This document shows positions 18,383-27,602 of a stretch of DNA of 64,000 nt, piece by piece. The stretch comes from a virus. The notes beneath the pieces are model-generated. The model ran no database searches. It had not been told where the DNA came from and saw nothing but the letters and a program-made list of their open reading frames with translations. Numbering within the stretch: the first letter of the stretch is position 1; each line of letters begins with the position of its first letter. The position numbers and the translations under genes were made by a program. Location: positions 65,641 to 129,640 of IMG/VR virus record IMGVR_UViG_3300013132_000025, one strand, 5' to 3'.

Positions 18383-18598
18383 CTACCACTCAAAGCGAGT
18401 GGATAGAATCTTGTGGTCAGGAAACAAACAACGAACCTGCTCAGTAGCGCGGTCCATCATCTCAACGATGATACCCTCGTCACTTAGGTCTGACCAAACG
18501 TAGTCAAGCGTGTCCTCATTCTGCTCGGTCAGCGAAGCCTCATAAACAAACTCGTCAGGCTCACCCGACTCGCTAATCATCTCAACAATAACGAACAT
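18383..18598 (-). CDS. Acidic hypothetical protein
   Basis: 71 aa, abuts upstream gene. Confidence 0.6.
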   Translation of the reverse strand: MFVIVEMISESGEPDEFVYEASLTEQNEDTLDYVWSDLSDEGIIVEMMDRATEQVRCLFPDHKILSTRFEW

Positions 18599-18943
18599 TT
18601 AGATGCGCTCCTCGCTCATAGACTCTCGGTGAACTCGCTCAACTTCCTGCTCAGTCACCCAAGCATAGAAACTCTCTCGGGACTCCTCCTCGGCCTCAGC
18701 CTGAGCAAGAATGTCCTTCCATTCCTCGGAGTCTGTGACATAGGACTCAGCATCAACGTCAGCAGAATACTGTCGCTGTGCAGCCTCGGCCATACCAATG
18801 CGATACTCAGCCCACAGGCTAAGAGCCTCGTCCAGAATAACGAACTGCTCAACGGTCAGGTCGCCGTTTACAGTCAGGTCGTCAAGGCGGTGGTACAGAG
18901 TAGTCGCCTTATCCTGAATCTCTACAGTATCGTCGTGCATCAT
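18599..18943 (-). CDS. Acidic hypothetical protein
   Basis: 114 aa, AAAGGAG RBS; promoter TTGCGC-17-TATGCT at 18974-19002. Confidence 0.65.
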   Translation of the reverse strand: MMHDDTVEIQDKATTLYHRLDDLTVNGDLTVEQFVILDEALSLWAEYRIGMAEAAQRQYSADVDAESYVTDSEEWKDILAQAEAEEESRESFYAWVTEQEVERVHRESMSEERI

Positions 18944-19010
18944 GGTTCTATCTCCTTTCGTGCTTGCTCGTCAAGCATACAGACTTGACTCTCAAAGCGC
19001 AAGTGCCTGT

Positions 19011-19379
19011 TTATACCACTTCCCACTCGTTAGGAAACCAATGCGAGGCAACTTGCATCTCTCGCTTCCACGAACGCTCCTCCTCCACACACTCAGAGAA
19101 TCGCTCAATGATGAGCAGACCCATCGCAATCAAGTCCTTCTCATCTGTATCAATCTGGTTCATGGTGCAGTATGAAGCATCCTCGGCATACTCCCAATCG
19201 CCATTCTCTCGCGTGAGGACCGTAAACCTCAGCAGAGGCTCGTCAGTAGGGTCCGTGGGGTCGAAGTCCCCATACCAACCCTCACCGATGTAATCCCACT
19301 CAACCTTGACAGTCCCATCATCGTTAGTTGCAGTAATGGGAATAAACGACTCAATGTTGTCAGTCCAATCCTTCATCAT
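19011..19379 (-). CDS. Conserved acidic phage protein
   Basis: IGEGWYGDFDPTDPTDEPLLRF..DASYCT motif; AGGAGG RBS. Confidence 0.7.
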   Translation of the reverse strand: MMKDWTDNIESFIPITATNDDGTVKVEWDYIGEGWYGDFDPTDPTDEPLLRFTVLTRENGDWEYAEDASYCTMNQIDTDEKDLIAMGLLIIERFSECVEEERSWKREMQVASHWFPNEWEVV

Positions 19380-20035
19380 TTCCTCCTAATGTCCGTAGTG
19401 GTCGGGGTGACTCATTCGATACTTGGCCTCCTGCTTCATATCTGAGATACAAGTCGCATCACAGCGAATGGGGAAACCCACAGTCACCACCTTATAGATA
19501 AGCACGCTCAGAATGACAGAGAGCGAAGCGTACAGCATAAACTTCCACATCACTTCCCCTTCCATTGGGTATAAGTCCCGGTTATCTCCTCGTAGATATC
19601 GAAAGGCTCGTCAAGTGTGTGCCCCGCATCATCTCGGTAGCCACAGTCGTCGTTGCTTCCAACATCGCAAGCAAGATAACATGCGAGACCTCGGAAGTAG
19701 TAGTCAGGCTCTAGCATGTTTATTCATCTCCCTTCCAGATAGACCATTCCTCGCCCAACTCCCACTCACTACTGGGAGCCTCGCAAGCGAGGTCAAGTGC
19801 CGCATCCTTACTGTCTGCCTCAATCTCAATATACGCATCAGTTCTGATAATGTAAAGGGGCATGTTTATACCTCCTTCACATCAAGGTCGTTGCCATAGA
19901 TGAAGTCAATGATGGAGGCGTCCTCGGTGCCTACGCGACCCTTAGTAAACAACTCCTTGGCCTCATCAGCACTATTCACCTCAACCTGAGTCTGCAACAT
20001 CTGAGTCTCAGTCCAAGTAAGAGTATAAACGGGCA

Positions 20036-20251
20036 TCATGCCACCTCCTCGGGATAGCCAGCCTGAGAACGAATAGAATCAATCATTGACTCTAAACGCT
20101 CAACATGCTTCTTATCGTCAGCGTTGTCATAAACATCGTGGAACGGTGAGTCCAGAATCTCCTGAATATTCTGCCCCAAAGTCCAGAGAATGTAATCCAC
20201 ATCCTCAACGGGACCGCTAATGGTAAGAATGTTCTGGCACCAACTAGACAT
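20036..20251 (-). CDS. Short protein with YubB/Api92-like N-terminus
   Basis: MSSWCQNILTISG resembles the MPNWCxNxLxIxG start. Confidence 0.45.
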   Translation of the reverse strand: MSSWCQNILTISGPVEDVDYILWTLGQNIQEILDSPFHDVYDNADDKKHVERLESMIDSIRSQAGYPEEVA

Positions 20252-20254
20252 TCT

Positions 20255-20581
20255 CTAATCCTCCCACTCGTCGTCGTCCTCGTTGTCCATCTCGTAGTCG
20301 AACTCAACGATGAGGCGAGCCACACGACCATCCCTGTCATACTCAACGTACACAGGATAAACGCCATCGCCCCAGCCGGTGCTAGTGCAGACAGCATCCG
20401 AGAAACGACCATTAGTAGCGAACTGACCAGCACGCTCGTCGTTCAGACTAGCCGCACAGGCGCGACCATAAGGGGAGTCATCGTCCCACTCACCGTCAAG
20501 GACATAGCAGGGGTCCACCACGAACACCTGTCCAGAGTCCACCGGGACAACGCCCACCTTCACTCGGGTATTACTCGTCAT
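20255..20581 (-). CDS. DUF4241-like protein
   Basis: VGVVPVDSGQVFVVDPCY..STGWGDGVYPVY. Confidence 0.65.
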   Translation of the reverse strand: MTSNTRVKVGVVPVDSGQVFVVDPCYVLDGEWDDDSPYGRACAASLNDERAGQFATNGRFSDAVCTSTGWGDGVYPVYVEYDRDGRVARLIVEFDYEMDNEDDDEWED

Positions 20582-20636
20582 TGTTAGCCTCCTTTATTGC
20601 TTGCTCGTCAAGTGTACCAGAACTGATTGTCCAATA

Positions 20637-20834
20637 CTACTGCTCGTTTACACGGTCCCTCTGTGCAACGACGGCTTGGAGAATGTCATACACCTCTCCC
20701 TCGTCATAGACCTCGGAGAGAGCCTGCCTCTGCTCATCTGTCACCTCGTCCTCACCCACAACGATAAGGTCGTCCTCGTCGCAGCCACCCCAACTGCCGT
20801 CTGCTGCGCTCATCCAGATAATCCGACGACCCAT
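20637..20834 (-). CDS. Acidic hypothetical protein
   Basis: GGAGG RBS. Confidence 0.6.
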   Translation of the reverse strand: MGRRIIWMSAADGSWGGCDEDDLIVVGEDEVTDEQRQALSEVYDEGEVYDILQAVVAQRDRVNEQ

Positions 20835-20836
20835 GA

Positions 20837-21097
20837 CTAGGCCTCCCGGATAAACGTAGAGAGCGTGTCAATCAGAGCCTCGCGCTCCTCGGCGGTGTCG
20901 GGAAGGGGAATCACAATCGTTCCCACGTTCGTCTTGGGGCCACCAACGACGTTGGACTCCACGATGATGTTTAGACGACCACCGACGATGGGGAAAACCC
21001 CAACCTCGTAGATACGAACGAAGTCGGTGGTGCCGTGGTCGCGCTCAACCTTATAGGTGTAAGGCTTGGTCTGCTCCTCTGCTGCCTTGCCAATCAT
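20837..21097 (-). CDS. Hypothetical protein
   Basis: AAGGAGG RBS, ATGA overlap. Confidence 0.6.
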   Translation of the reverse strand: MIGKAAEEQTKPYTYKVERDHGTTDFVRIYEVGVFPIVGGRLNIIVESNVVGGPKTNVGTIVIPLPDTAEEREALIDTLSTFIREA

Positions 21098-21537
21098 CTT
21101 GCCTCCTTGTATGTCTCGTTGTAAAAGTCCACCATAATCCCGCGATACTTCCGCTCAATGATGGTGCTTGCAACATCATACACCACCTCAACGAAAGAAT
21201 CGCTAAGGGCGTTTGTACGGTCAAACCAGAACGGAAGGTACTCGTCCATCAGAACGTCCAACAGTTGCGTCGGGAGAGGAAAGAACAGGTCGTAGTAAGG
21301 GCGCTGACCGTCCCAATACTCCCAAGCCGTCTTAGCGAACACACGACCGACATACTCAGGGTCATTTCCATTTCCGTAGATGGCAACCCCATGAATGCTC
21401 TGGTCAAACGGGTCCACATAAGGCGAAAAGTTTATACCAGCATCGCATTCCACGGTCTCCTGTAAGGTCTCGCGGAAGTCCTGCTCTACGAACCTCTCGG
21501 TCTTGATACGCTGCTCGGCATCACACATTAGTCCCAC
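21094..21537 (-). CDS. Hypothetical protein
   Basis: ~147 aa in operon. Confidence 0.6.
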   Translation of the reverse strand: MGLMCDAEQRIKTERFVEQDFRETLQETVECDAGINFSPYVDPFDQSIHGVAIYGNGNDPEYVGRVFAKTAWEYWDGQRPYYDLFFPLPTQLLDVLMDEYLPFWFDRTNALSDSFVEVVYDVASTIIERKYRGIMVDFYNETYKEAR

Positions 21538-21692
21538 CCATTTACACGGGCCGACTGCTTGGCCTGACGGCGCTCGGTGCGACGGCTCTTGTTGCCATGA
21601 ACCTGAGAGCGAGGAACAGCAATCCCTGTGTGACCAGAGATGCCAAGTTCCTGCCTCATGGCTCGGCGTTGCTTGTTGGTAAGGTTTCTCAT
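21528..21692 (-). CDS. 54-aa Arg/Lys-rich peptide (not in ORF track)
   Basis: MRNLTNKQRRAMRQELGISGHTGIAVPRSQVHGNKSRRTERRQAKQSARVNGWD; GGGAG RBS; promoter TTGTTC-17-TATGCT at 21720-21748. Confidence 0.6.
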   Translation of the reverse strand: MRNLTNKQRRAMRQELGISGHTGIAVPRSQVHGNKSRRTERRQAKQSARVNGWD

Positions 21693-21975
21693 CTTATCTC
21701 CCTTGATTGATGCCTAGGCAGCATACATCATAAGACTGACTAGAACAAGTGCCTGTTTATTTGATAAACTCATTCACAAGTTCGTTGAGGTCAATCTCGT
21801 CAATCCAATAACCGTACGAGCCTAGATACTGACCAGCAGCGTCGTAAACAGATGCACTACTGCCACCTCCATCGAACTAAACGAGTTCCAAAACCTGTTG
21901 AGGGTCGTCCTCGGAATGAACGTAAACGTGAGTAGCCTCAAACTCAGAGTAAGTAAAAGCCATTGTCTTTCTCCT

Positions 21976-22452
21976 TTATCCGTACACCACACTACCGAAA
22001 GCGGCAACCTGCACAATGCAGTCAGCCGCATCGCCGTCAATCATGCCGGGGTCGTTCTCCTGCACGGCACGACGAATGTAGCCGGTGATGGTGTTATTTG
22101 CCATATGACTGTTCTCATCCAGAAACTTCTGGATGGCCTCGGTGATGTTGGTGGCGTTGATGGTGTAAACATTGACCTCGCCACTACCCTCATCACGCTC
22201 AACAATGTCGGTGACAGTAACCTGCTGCCAGCGTTCGAAACCATCCGGGGTCTCAGCCTTCTTAGCAACAAGGTTATTCAGTTCCGCCCAATAGTAGCAG
22301 ACACCATAAGAGCCATCGAAAGCACTCACAAGAATGCAATCAACCATAGCCTCGGTGATAGGAAGTTGCGTGGTGACAACGCCAACAACCTTAGAGTTGT
22401 CGTACATCTCAGCCTCGGCTTCCAGCATCTCCCTCACATATGGGTCAGACAT
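21976..22452 (-). CDS. Conserved hypothetical phage protein
   Basis: AFDG..YYWA..IDGDAADCIVQVAAFGSVVYG; AAAGGAG RBS. Confidence 0.7.
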   Translation of the reverse strand: MSDPYVREMLEAEAEMYDNSKVVGVVTTQLPITEAMVDCILVSAFDGSYGVCYYWAELNNLVAKKAETPDGFERWQQVTVTDIVERDEGSGEVNVYTINATNITEAIQKFLDENSHMANNTITGYIRRAVQENDPGMIDGDAADCIVQVAAFGSVVYG

Positions 22453-22529
22453 TGTGTTTCTCCTTTCGTAGTTCATCTGAATAGATGATATCAAACAGAC
22501 CAACTCAGCACAAGAAAGTGTTTATACGA

Positions 22530-22808
22530 CTAGGCGCTAAACATCTGATGGTAATGCTCCTCGGGGGTGAGGATGTTTAGGCCGTAACGAAAATGACCGG
22601 GACCAAACCAGATTGGGTTACGGTACTCATCACTCATACGATGCCGCCGATAGTCATTCCAGATAGTCGCCGGGTGACTCCACAACTCGCAAACGTAATC
22701 CTCAATGTCATGGTAGTTTACACTATCCATAGAGATGATGTATTCCTCTACGAAATCCCAGAACAACTCATCAGACCTACCATCATATCCGCCAGCAACG
22801 TAAGCCAC
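22530..22808 (-). CDS. Hypothetical protein
   Basis: GAGGAGAG RBS, GTG start. Confidence 0.55.
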   Translation of the reverse strand: MAYVAGGYDGRSDELFWDFVEEYIISMDSVNYHDIEDYVCELWSHPATIWNDYRRHRMSDEYRNPIWFGPGHFRYGLNILTPEEHYHQMFSA

Positions 22809-22842
22809 AATCTCTCCTCTCCTATAAACTTGTTGATAAAAG

Positions 22843-22942
22843 CACCCCTAGCGGGAGTCGAACCCGCGATAAACCTCCGCATAAACATCACAAGCGTCCT
22901 TGTGAATGTCCCGGCGTCGTTGCCATCTAGACCATTAGGGGC
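22843..22942 (-). ncRNA. tRNA-like element with the anticodon arm replaced by a long hairpin
   Basis: Acceptor GCCCCTA/TAGGGGT, D-arm GTC-TAGATGGCAAC-GAC, T-arm GCGGG-TTCGACT-CCCGC; anticodon region CCG..ACATTCACAAG-GACG-CTTGTGATGT..CGG; no encoded CCA. Confidence 0.7.
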
Positions 22943-23244
22943 CACATTATAGACGGTTCCACACAGGGGCTTGATGCTCCTAAAAACAATGCCTCTGCCG
23001 TCACCGACAACCGAACCCTTAGTTAGTTTATACACAGATGGCCCCGAGCGACGGCTAGTTCTTAGATGGTGCCGAATAACACCACGCTCATCTATGTATG
23101 TTTAGACTGCTTATCATTTATGGCTCTCGCGCTCATCGTCCCACAATGGTTGATGAGATTTCCCGACCTACCAATCGGTTTCTTACGGAGATTCCTCCAC
23201 CCCACTAGGTCAAAGGTGGTAGCCCTCGCCTAGTCGGTCGTGAA
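22943..23244 (-). ncRNA. ~300-nt structured non-coding RNA between the hammerhead and the tRNA-like element
   Basis: No credible ORF. Stems ATACATAGATG/CATCTGTGTAT, GAGCG/CGCTC, TGGTG/CACCA, CTCATC/GATGAG, GACGG/CCGTC; possible pseudoknot ACTAGG/CCTAGT plus CCACC/GGTGG. Confidence 0.5.
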
Positions 23245-23296
23245 AGCCGTTGATGCCCGTAGGCATTTCGTCCTCTAAGGACTCATCAGAACGGCT
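23245..23296 (-). ncRNA. Type I hammerhead ribozyme
   Basis: AGCCGTT-CTGATGA-GTCCT TAG AGGAC-GAAA-TGCC TACG GGCA-TC-AACGGCT; intact core, AUC cleavage triplet, predicted cut between 23252 and 23251. Confidence 0.9.
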
Positions 23297-23301
23297 AAAA
23301 A

Positions 23302-23451
23302 CTACAGTTCTATCGTGGAAGCACCATCAGTCTGCAACTCCATGACCCACCCCTCACGCCACTCATTTATAGCACAAGCCTCACCAAAAGACGCATAAGG
23401 ACCGAAAGCGGTATATCCATCTGAAAGATTACCAGCGAGAAAGACAAACAT
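23302..23451 (-). CDS. 49-aa hypothetical protein (not in ORF track)
   Basis: MFVFLAGNLSDGYTAFGPYASF..., AGGAG RBS; stop 5 nt before the hammerhead. Confidence 0.55.
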   Translation of the reverse strand: MFVFLAGNLSDGYTAFGPYASFGEACAINEWREGWVMELQTDGASTIEL

Positions 23452-23503
23452 TCTTACTCCTCTCTTTGATTACTCTACGAGAATACCACCTCGGCTCAGA
23501 AAG

Positions 23504-23755
23504 TCAAGAGCCTGAATAAACGTAGGATATCTGAGCCTCTACCTCATCAGCATGACGCTCATCAAGAAACCGATTGTCCGGTGCGCCCCATATGCTCTGC
23601 CCCATGATGTTAGAAGCCGCAGCCTTGGAAGCATCCAGAAGCGAAGTCACTAGAGACATAGCATCCTTTGGGTCCATACGAAGTATAAACCCGTTACGTT
23701 CGTTACCTGAATGGATAACTACTTCATCTTTGTAAACCGCAACAAACAAACTCAT
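23504..23755 (-). CDS. Hypothetical protein
   Basis: GAGG RBS; promoter TTGACA-17-TAGTAT at 23792-23820. Confidence 0.6.
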   Translation of the reverse strand: MSLFVAVYKDEVVIHSGNERNGFILRMDPKDAMSLVTSLLDASKAAASNIMGQSIWGAPDNRFLDERHADEVEAQISYVYSGS

Positions 23756-23838
23756 ACCGTTGCCTCGTCTATCTGCTTGCCACACACCTAGATACTACAG
23801 GCCCCCTCCCCCAATGTCAAGGGAAGGGGGCAAGGTGT

Positions 23839-24336
23839 TTAGATGGCAGCGCCCATGAAGTCCTCATTCGGCACCTCAACAACACCACCGACAATCTCCA
23901 CCTCCACAAAGGCGGGGACAGGCTCGGAAAAAGAAGCGGTGGTAGCCTCGCCGGTCAGCACCTTAGCAACCTTGTCCAGCCTGTCACGAAGGGCCTTGTT
24001 CTCAGCCTCCACAGCCTCTAGACGCTGAATAAACGAGATGCTAACAGTCTCATCATCCATAGACTCGCTAATCTTGCCCTCAATAATCCACTCAACGCGA
24101 GTGTCGAAGTCCTCAATGTCGTCGGACTCAAAGGTGCGCCAACGCAGCGCCTCCTCAATCTGGTCTGAGATATCAAGGTTGTTGTCAAGGTATTCCTGAA
24201 CACGACCGTCAATATCTGCCTCATCAACGACATTCTCAGCAACATCTCGGATAAACGACTCGTTGTTGTAAACCGCATCGGCGGCCTTCTCATCAACGAG
24301 GGTCTCAATGTCAGCGGGCCAATCCTCAAAACTCAT
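23839..24336 (-). CDS. Highly acidic helical/coiled-coil protein
   Basis: Very D/E-rich, periodic; AAAGGAG RBS. Confidence 0.7.
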   Translation of the reverse strand: MSFEDWPADIETLVDEKAADAVYNNESFIRDVAENVVDEADIDGRVQEYLDNNLDISDQIEEALRWRTFESDDIEDFDTRVEWIIEGKISESMDDETVSISFIQRLEAVEAENKALRDRLDKVAKVLTGEATTASFSEPVPAFVEVEIVGGVVEVPNEDFMGAAI

Positions 24337-24400
24337 GGTATCTCCTTTAGTTGATTGCTTCCTGAGAAGCATAGCATGGGGTGTTGCAGAAAAGCAACTG

Positions 24401-24805
24401 CTAGTGTAAACGCTCAGGCTCGTCCAAAGACTCCTCTAGGGAGAGGCGAGCGGTAGTGAGAGCCGGTGGCTCGTAATCAGTCCCGTAGCCGCTTACGCTA
24501 AGAGTAGCGTTGATAAGAGCGCGAATCTCGTCCTCGTACAGATAGAAAGGAACCTGCCCCTCATCCAAAACTTCCTCCCACTCCTCACTAATGAGCGACA
24601 AAGACACTATCTGCTCAATGTTGAGCATTACCTCATACTCAGGAGCAGAACGGATAAACGTCTTTCGTGCTTTGATAGTCTGCAACGAAGTAACGTGATT
24701 GGCGAAGTCCCTCAATCTATGCGCGCCATTCTTGTCGTTGCCCCAACCACTATAAAGAGTCTGTCCATCAGTTGTGCGAATCTGAATGTAACTCGTCTTG
24801 CTCAT
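24401..24805 (-). CDS. Hypothetical protein
   Basis: GGAGG RBS. Confidence 0.6.
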   Translation of the reverse strand: MSKTSYIQIRTTDGQTLYSGWGNDKNGAHRLRDFANHVTSLQTIKARKTFIRSAPEYEVMLNIEQIVSLSLISEEWEEVLDEGQVPFYLYEDEIRALINATLSVSGYGTDYEPPALTTARLSLEESLDEPERLH

Positions 24806-24973
24806 CTAAACCTCCACCTCAATGTTGTTAGCCGCACCACGAACATCCCATCCGTAGTACCCCTCAATCATAGAAGCGGCCTCATCAATAATGTCATCTC
24901 GCTCTCCCGAAGGGGGCGTGATGATTGCAGTAGAAAGAACAAAGTAGTCTCCCACAAAGGTAACAGTAGTCAT

Positions 24974-25252
24974 TTACTTGTCCTCCTCTCGGACCCAAAA
25001 AAAGTATTCCTCAATCTCCACAAGGTTGTCTGTTCCACAGTATAGGTCGTAAATCGCAAGATTCCTTGCTTCCAGATTGTCAGCCGCCGATGCAGGGCTG
25101 TCGTCATACTCCTTGAGAAACAAATCAAGCGCAAACAAACGCGCTTGCTTCCAGATATAATCACGAGCATCCATCTCGTTATCAAAAGAACGGACTCCCC
25201 AATCATCCTCAGAATGAGGAACTGCTCCGATATAGTTCCATCCTGCCAGCAT
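24974..25252 (-). CDS. Acidic hypothetical protein
   Basis: AAGGAGG RBS; promoter TTGTGC-17-TAGTCT at 25286-25314. Confidence 0.6.
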   Translation of the reverse strand: MLAGWNYIGAVPHSEDDWGVRSFDNEMDARDYIWKQARLFALDLFLKEYDDSPASAADNLEARNLAIYDLYCGTDNLVEIEEYFFWVREEDK

Positions 25253-25322
25253 TCCGCCTCCTTTGGTCAATCAACTTACACGAACAGACTATCAGACTGC
25301 CTTGGACAGCACAAGTCCCTGT

Positions 25323-25670
25323 TTAGTCGTCGTAGTCGCAGGGAAAAGACTCCTTCTCCAAGTGATAAAGGTAGTCTCCACGGTCTGCTAGGTAGTCGTC
25401 ATAGTCAGCCTCAGCCATCTCACAACAGGTATCAAAAGTGAGTTCCATAGGAGTCCAGAAGTCTCCATCCTCCTTCTCCCCATGCACCTCGGTAATCATG
25501 CGGTATTCCTCCATGACCTCTTGCTCGGTGCCGATGAAGTATGGGATTTCATAGTCCTTGACTATCTTGCCTGTCTCCGGGTCTGTCTCGTACAAACCCC
25601 ACAGGCCCTTATCCGAGATTTCCTCGGCCTGCTTCTGGAAAGCGTACTCAGGCGGGTCATACCATGACAT
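25323..25670 (-). CDS. Acidic hypothetical protein
   Basis: MSWYDPPEY..., GGGGAG RBS. Confidence 0.6.
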   Translation of the reverse strand: MSWYDPPEYAFQKQAEEISDKGLWGLYETDPETGKIVKDYEIPYFIGTEQEVMEEYRMITEVHGEKEDGDFWTPMELTFDTCCEMAEADYDDYLADRGDYLYHLEKESFPCDYDD

Positions 25671-25868
25671 TACAGATTCTCCCTTGGAACGGGTACACAC
25701 TTGGGGCAAAATGGAAGCCCCCCGGCCCAAGTTATTGCCTTGGTTGCTGGGTTGATAAACACCACATTATCCTCATTTACGATGTGACCACACATACACT
25801 TGATTGTGTCAGTTGCGGTATCTTTACTTATATTATCCATCATCTAACTCTCCTCTCCTTACCTTATC

Positions 25869-25988
25869 TTACCGGGCGTGCCAAAAGTTAGGCTTAGGCA
25901 CGTTGGTCTTGTGAGGCTTGCTTACCCCCATCTTGGTAGCGCGAACCTTGCGGCGCCTGTTAGTAACCGAACGACGAACTTTCTTCAT
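25869..25988 (-). CDS. 39-aa basic peptide (not in ORF track)
   Basis: MKKVRRSVTNRRRKVRATKMGVSKPHKTNVPKPNFWHAR; AAAGGAG RBS; promoter TTGACT-17-TAGAGT at 26029-26057. Confidence 0.55.
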   Translation of the reverse strand: MKKVRRSVTNRRRKVRATKMGVSKPHKTNVPKPNFWHAR

Positions 25989-26048
25989 GTTGTCTCCTTT
26001 GATTGGTGTCTATCTTACTTACCGTGTAACTCTACCACCTAACTCACA

Positions 26049-26231
26049 TCAAGTCAAATCATCGTCGTCATATTCATCTATAACTATAAACTCTCGGACA
26101 AACATAAGCAATATCCCTGAAACAATAGCCCACAAACCCGCGTTCCAATCTCCCGAGAAAAAGTAATAGGCCCCGAAAAAGAAACACACAAGACCAACAA
26201 ACAGGGATAGGATTCTAACTAACTCAGTCAC
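26049..26231 (-). CDS. Small two-TM membrane protein
   Basis: Two hydrophobic helices, acidic tail. Confidence 0.55.
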   Translation of the reverse strand: MTELVRILSLFVGLVCFFFGAYYFFSGDWNAGLWAIVSGILLMFVREFIVIDEYDDDDLT

Positions 26232-26550
26232 TCTTGACTATCTCTTTCCATACAAGATATGCTGCTTTGCTTGCGTTGTCCAGACGAGACCACCTTTCCC
26301 TATAGAACCTTACCTTTGTCTGAATAGCATGGTAAGACTCCATTTGTACCTCTACCCGGAGAACATCTTTACTACCGGGGAAGTCAGGAACCTTGGGCTT
26401 TCGGATGATGCTTGCAACATCCTTTGCCACAAGGTATTCCCGGTGAGCCTCATTGGAACGACGAGAGATTACCTTCCACGCCCTATAGAACAGTTCTGCA
26501 TTCTTTGGGCTAGGCTCGGACATAACGAGTACCTCGGCGCTCTCCCTCAA
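26224..26550 (-). CDS. Hypothetical protein
   Basis: Basic, helical, in operon. Confidence 0.5.
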   Translation of the reverse strand: MRESAEVLVMSEPSPKNAELFYRAWKVISRRSNEAHREYLVAKDVASIIRKPKVPDFPGSKDVLRVEVQMESYHAIQTKVRFYRERWSRLDNASKAAYLVWKEIVKSD

Positions 26551-27355
26551 TGTTTACACGCTCATCATTCTGTAGGACGTAACGAACACTCGTCCACTCG
26601 GTAGTTGAGAGGCCGAAATGCAAGATGAGTTCGGCCTTAGAAGTCGGCCCATTGTCCTCAATAAACTGCACAATGACATTCATCACTTCTGTATCAACAG
26701 TCGGCGTCTTGTCCTCAATAACCACTTCATAAGTTCGGCCCGGAACTGTGTAGTTGGTCCCACGCTTAGTCCCGTTCTTTACTACCTTACCAGACTCAAC
26801 AGCGGCATTGATTACATCTGAATAAATAGACGCGGGGATAAGGTCTCCAATAGCCTTCTTGGTTACAGGCTGGTCTGCCTCCTCAACAAAGCGAATAAAC
26901 TCGTCACGCACCTCGGAGATACGCTCGGCCTTCTCATCGCTCTGCCTACGACCGGGCTTGTAACGAAGCACACGGCCATACTCATCAACAGGTGCCCCGC
27001 GTGCAATCGCGGCTTGGTCTGCACGCTCCTGACACTTAGAAATCCACCCCTCCAAATAATCCTCACGGTGCTGCACAGCCTCGTCCTTGGGGAGAGAACG
27101 AAGCAACTCCATACGATTGTCGTGAACCTCGTTTAGTTCACCGAAGGGTAGAGTAATCCTGTCGTTGTCGGATGTAAGAATAGTTGCTTCCTTATCCTGC
27201 GCTGCAAGAACAAGAGCGTATCTAAATCCACCCTCGCTGCTCCAAAAACTGATTGTATCGCCACGAACCGGCGCTTCTTTAGTCTGCATATCATCTCCCT
27301 CCTTTGGCTGAATATTACGCTTGCTCAGTTTGCTGCTTGCTCGCTTCTTACCCAT
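26510..27355 (-). CDS. DNA-binding protein with two C-terminal winged-HTH repeats
   Basis: Wings GTKRGTNY and GERRGTRY; alternative start at 27289. Confidence 0.6.
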   Translation of the reverse strand: MGKKRASSKLSKRNIQPKEGDDMQTKEAPVRGDTISFWSSEGGFRYALVLAAQDKEATILTSDNDRITLPFGELNEVHDNRMELLRSLPKDEAVQHREDYLEGWISKCQERADQAAIARGAPVDEYGRVLRYKPGRRQSDEKAERISEVRDEFIRFVEEADQPVTKKAIGDLIPASIYSDVINAAVESGKVVKNGTKRGTNYTVPGRTYEVVIEDKTPTVDTEVMNVIVQFIEDNGPTSKAELILHFGLSTTEWTSVRYVLQNDERVNIEGERRGTRYVRA

Positions 27356-27368
27356 ATAAGTTACCTAC

Positions 27369-27593
27369 CTAACTATTCGTTGTCAAGGCCTCATCGAAAA
27401 TCGCGTTTAGACTGTCTGCGATAATATCGCGCTCCTTGGTCAGACACGGCGAACATTGAGCCTTGGGGTTATACCGAGAGAGGCGGGCATCGCATCGGGT
27501 ACAATGCCGCGCCTCCGCAGGCTTATCATCTACAAAGTCGAAGGGCACCATATCACCCATCATGTTTGCAGGAATAATCTCATCAAATCGCAT
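27369..27593 (-). CDS. Small zinc-finger protein
   Basis: CTRCDARLSRYN...CSPC. Confidence 0.6.
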   Translation of the reverse strand: MRFDEIIPANMMGDMVPFDFVDDKPAEARHCTRCDARLSRYNPKAQCSPCLTKERDIIADSLNAIFDEALTTNS

Positions 27594-27602
27594 AATGGCT
27601 CC

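Noticed and set aside
22748-23035. 95-aa minus-strand ORF over the tRNA-like element
   Set aside because: No RBS; overlaps the structured RNA and the next gene; likely spurious.
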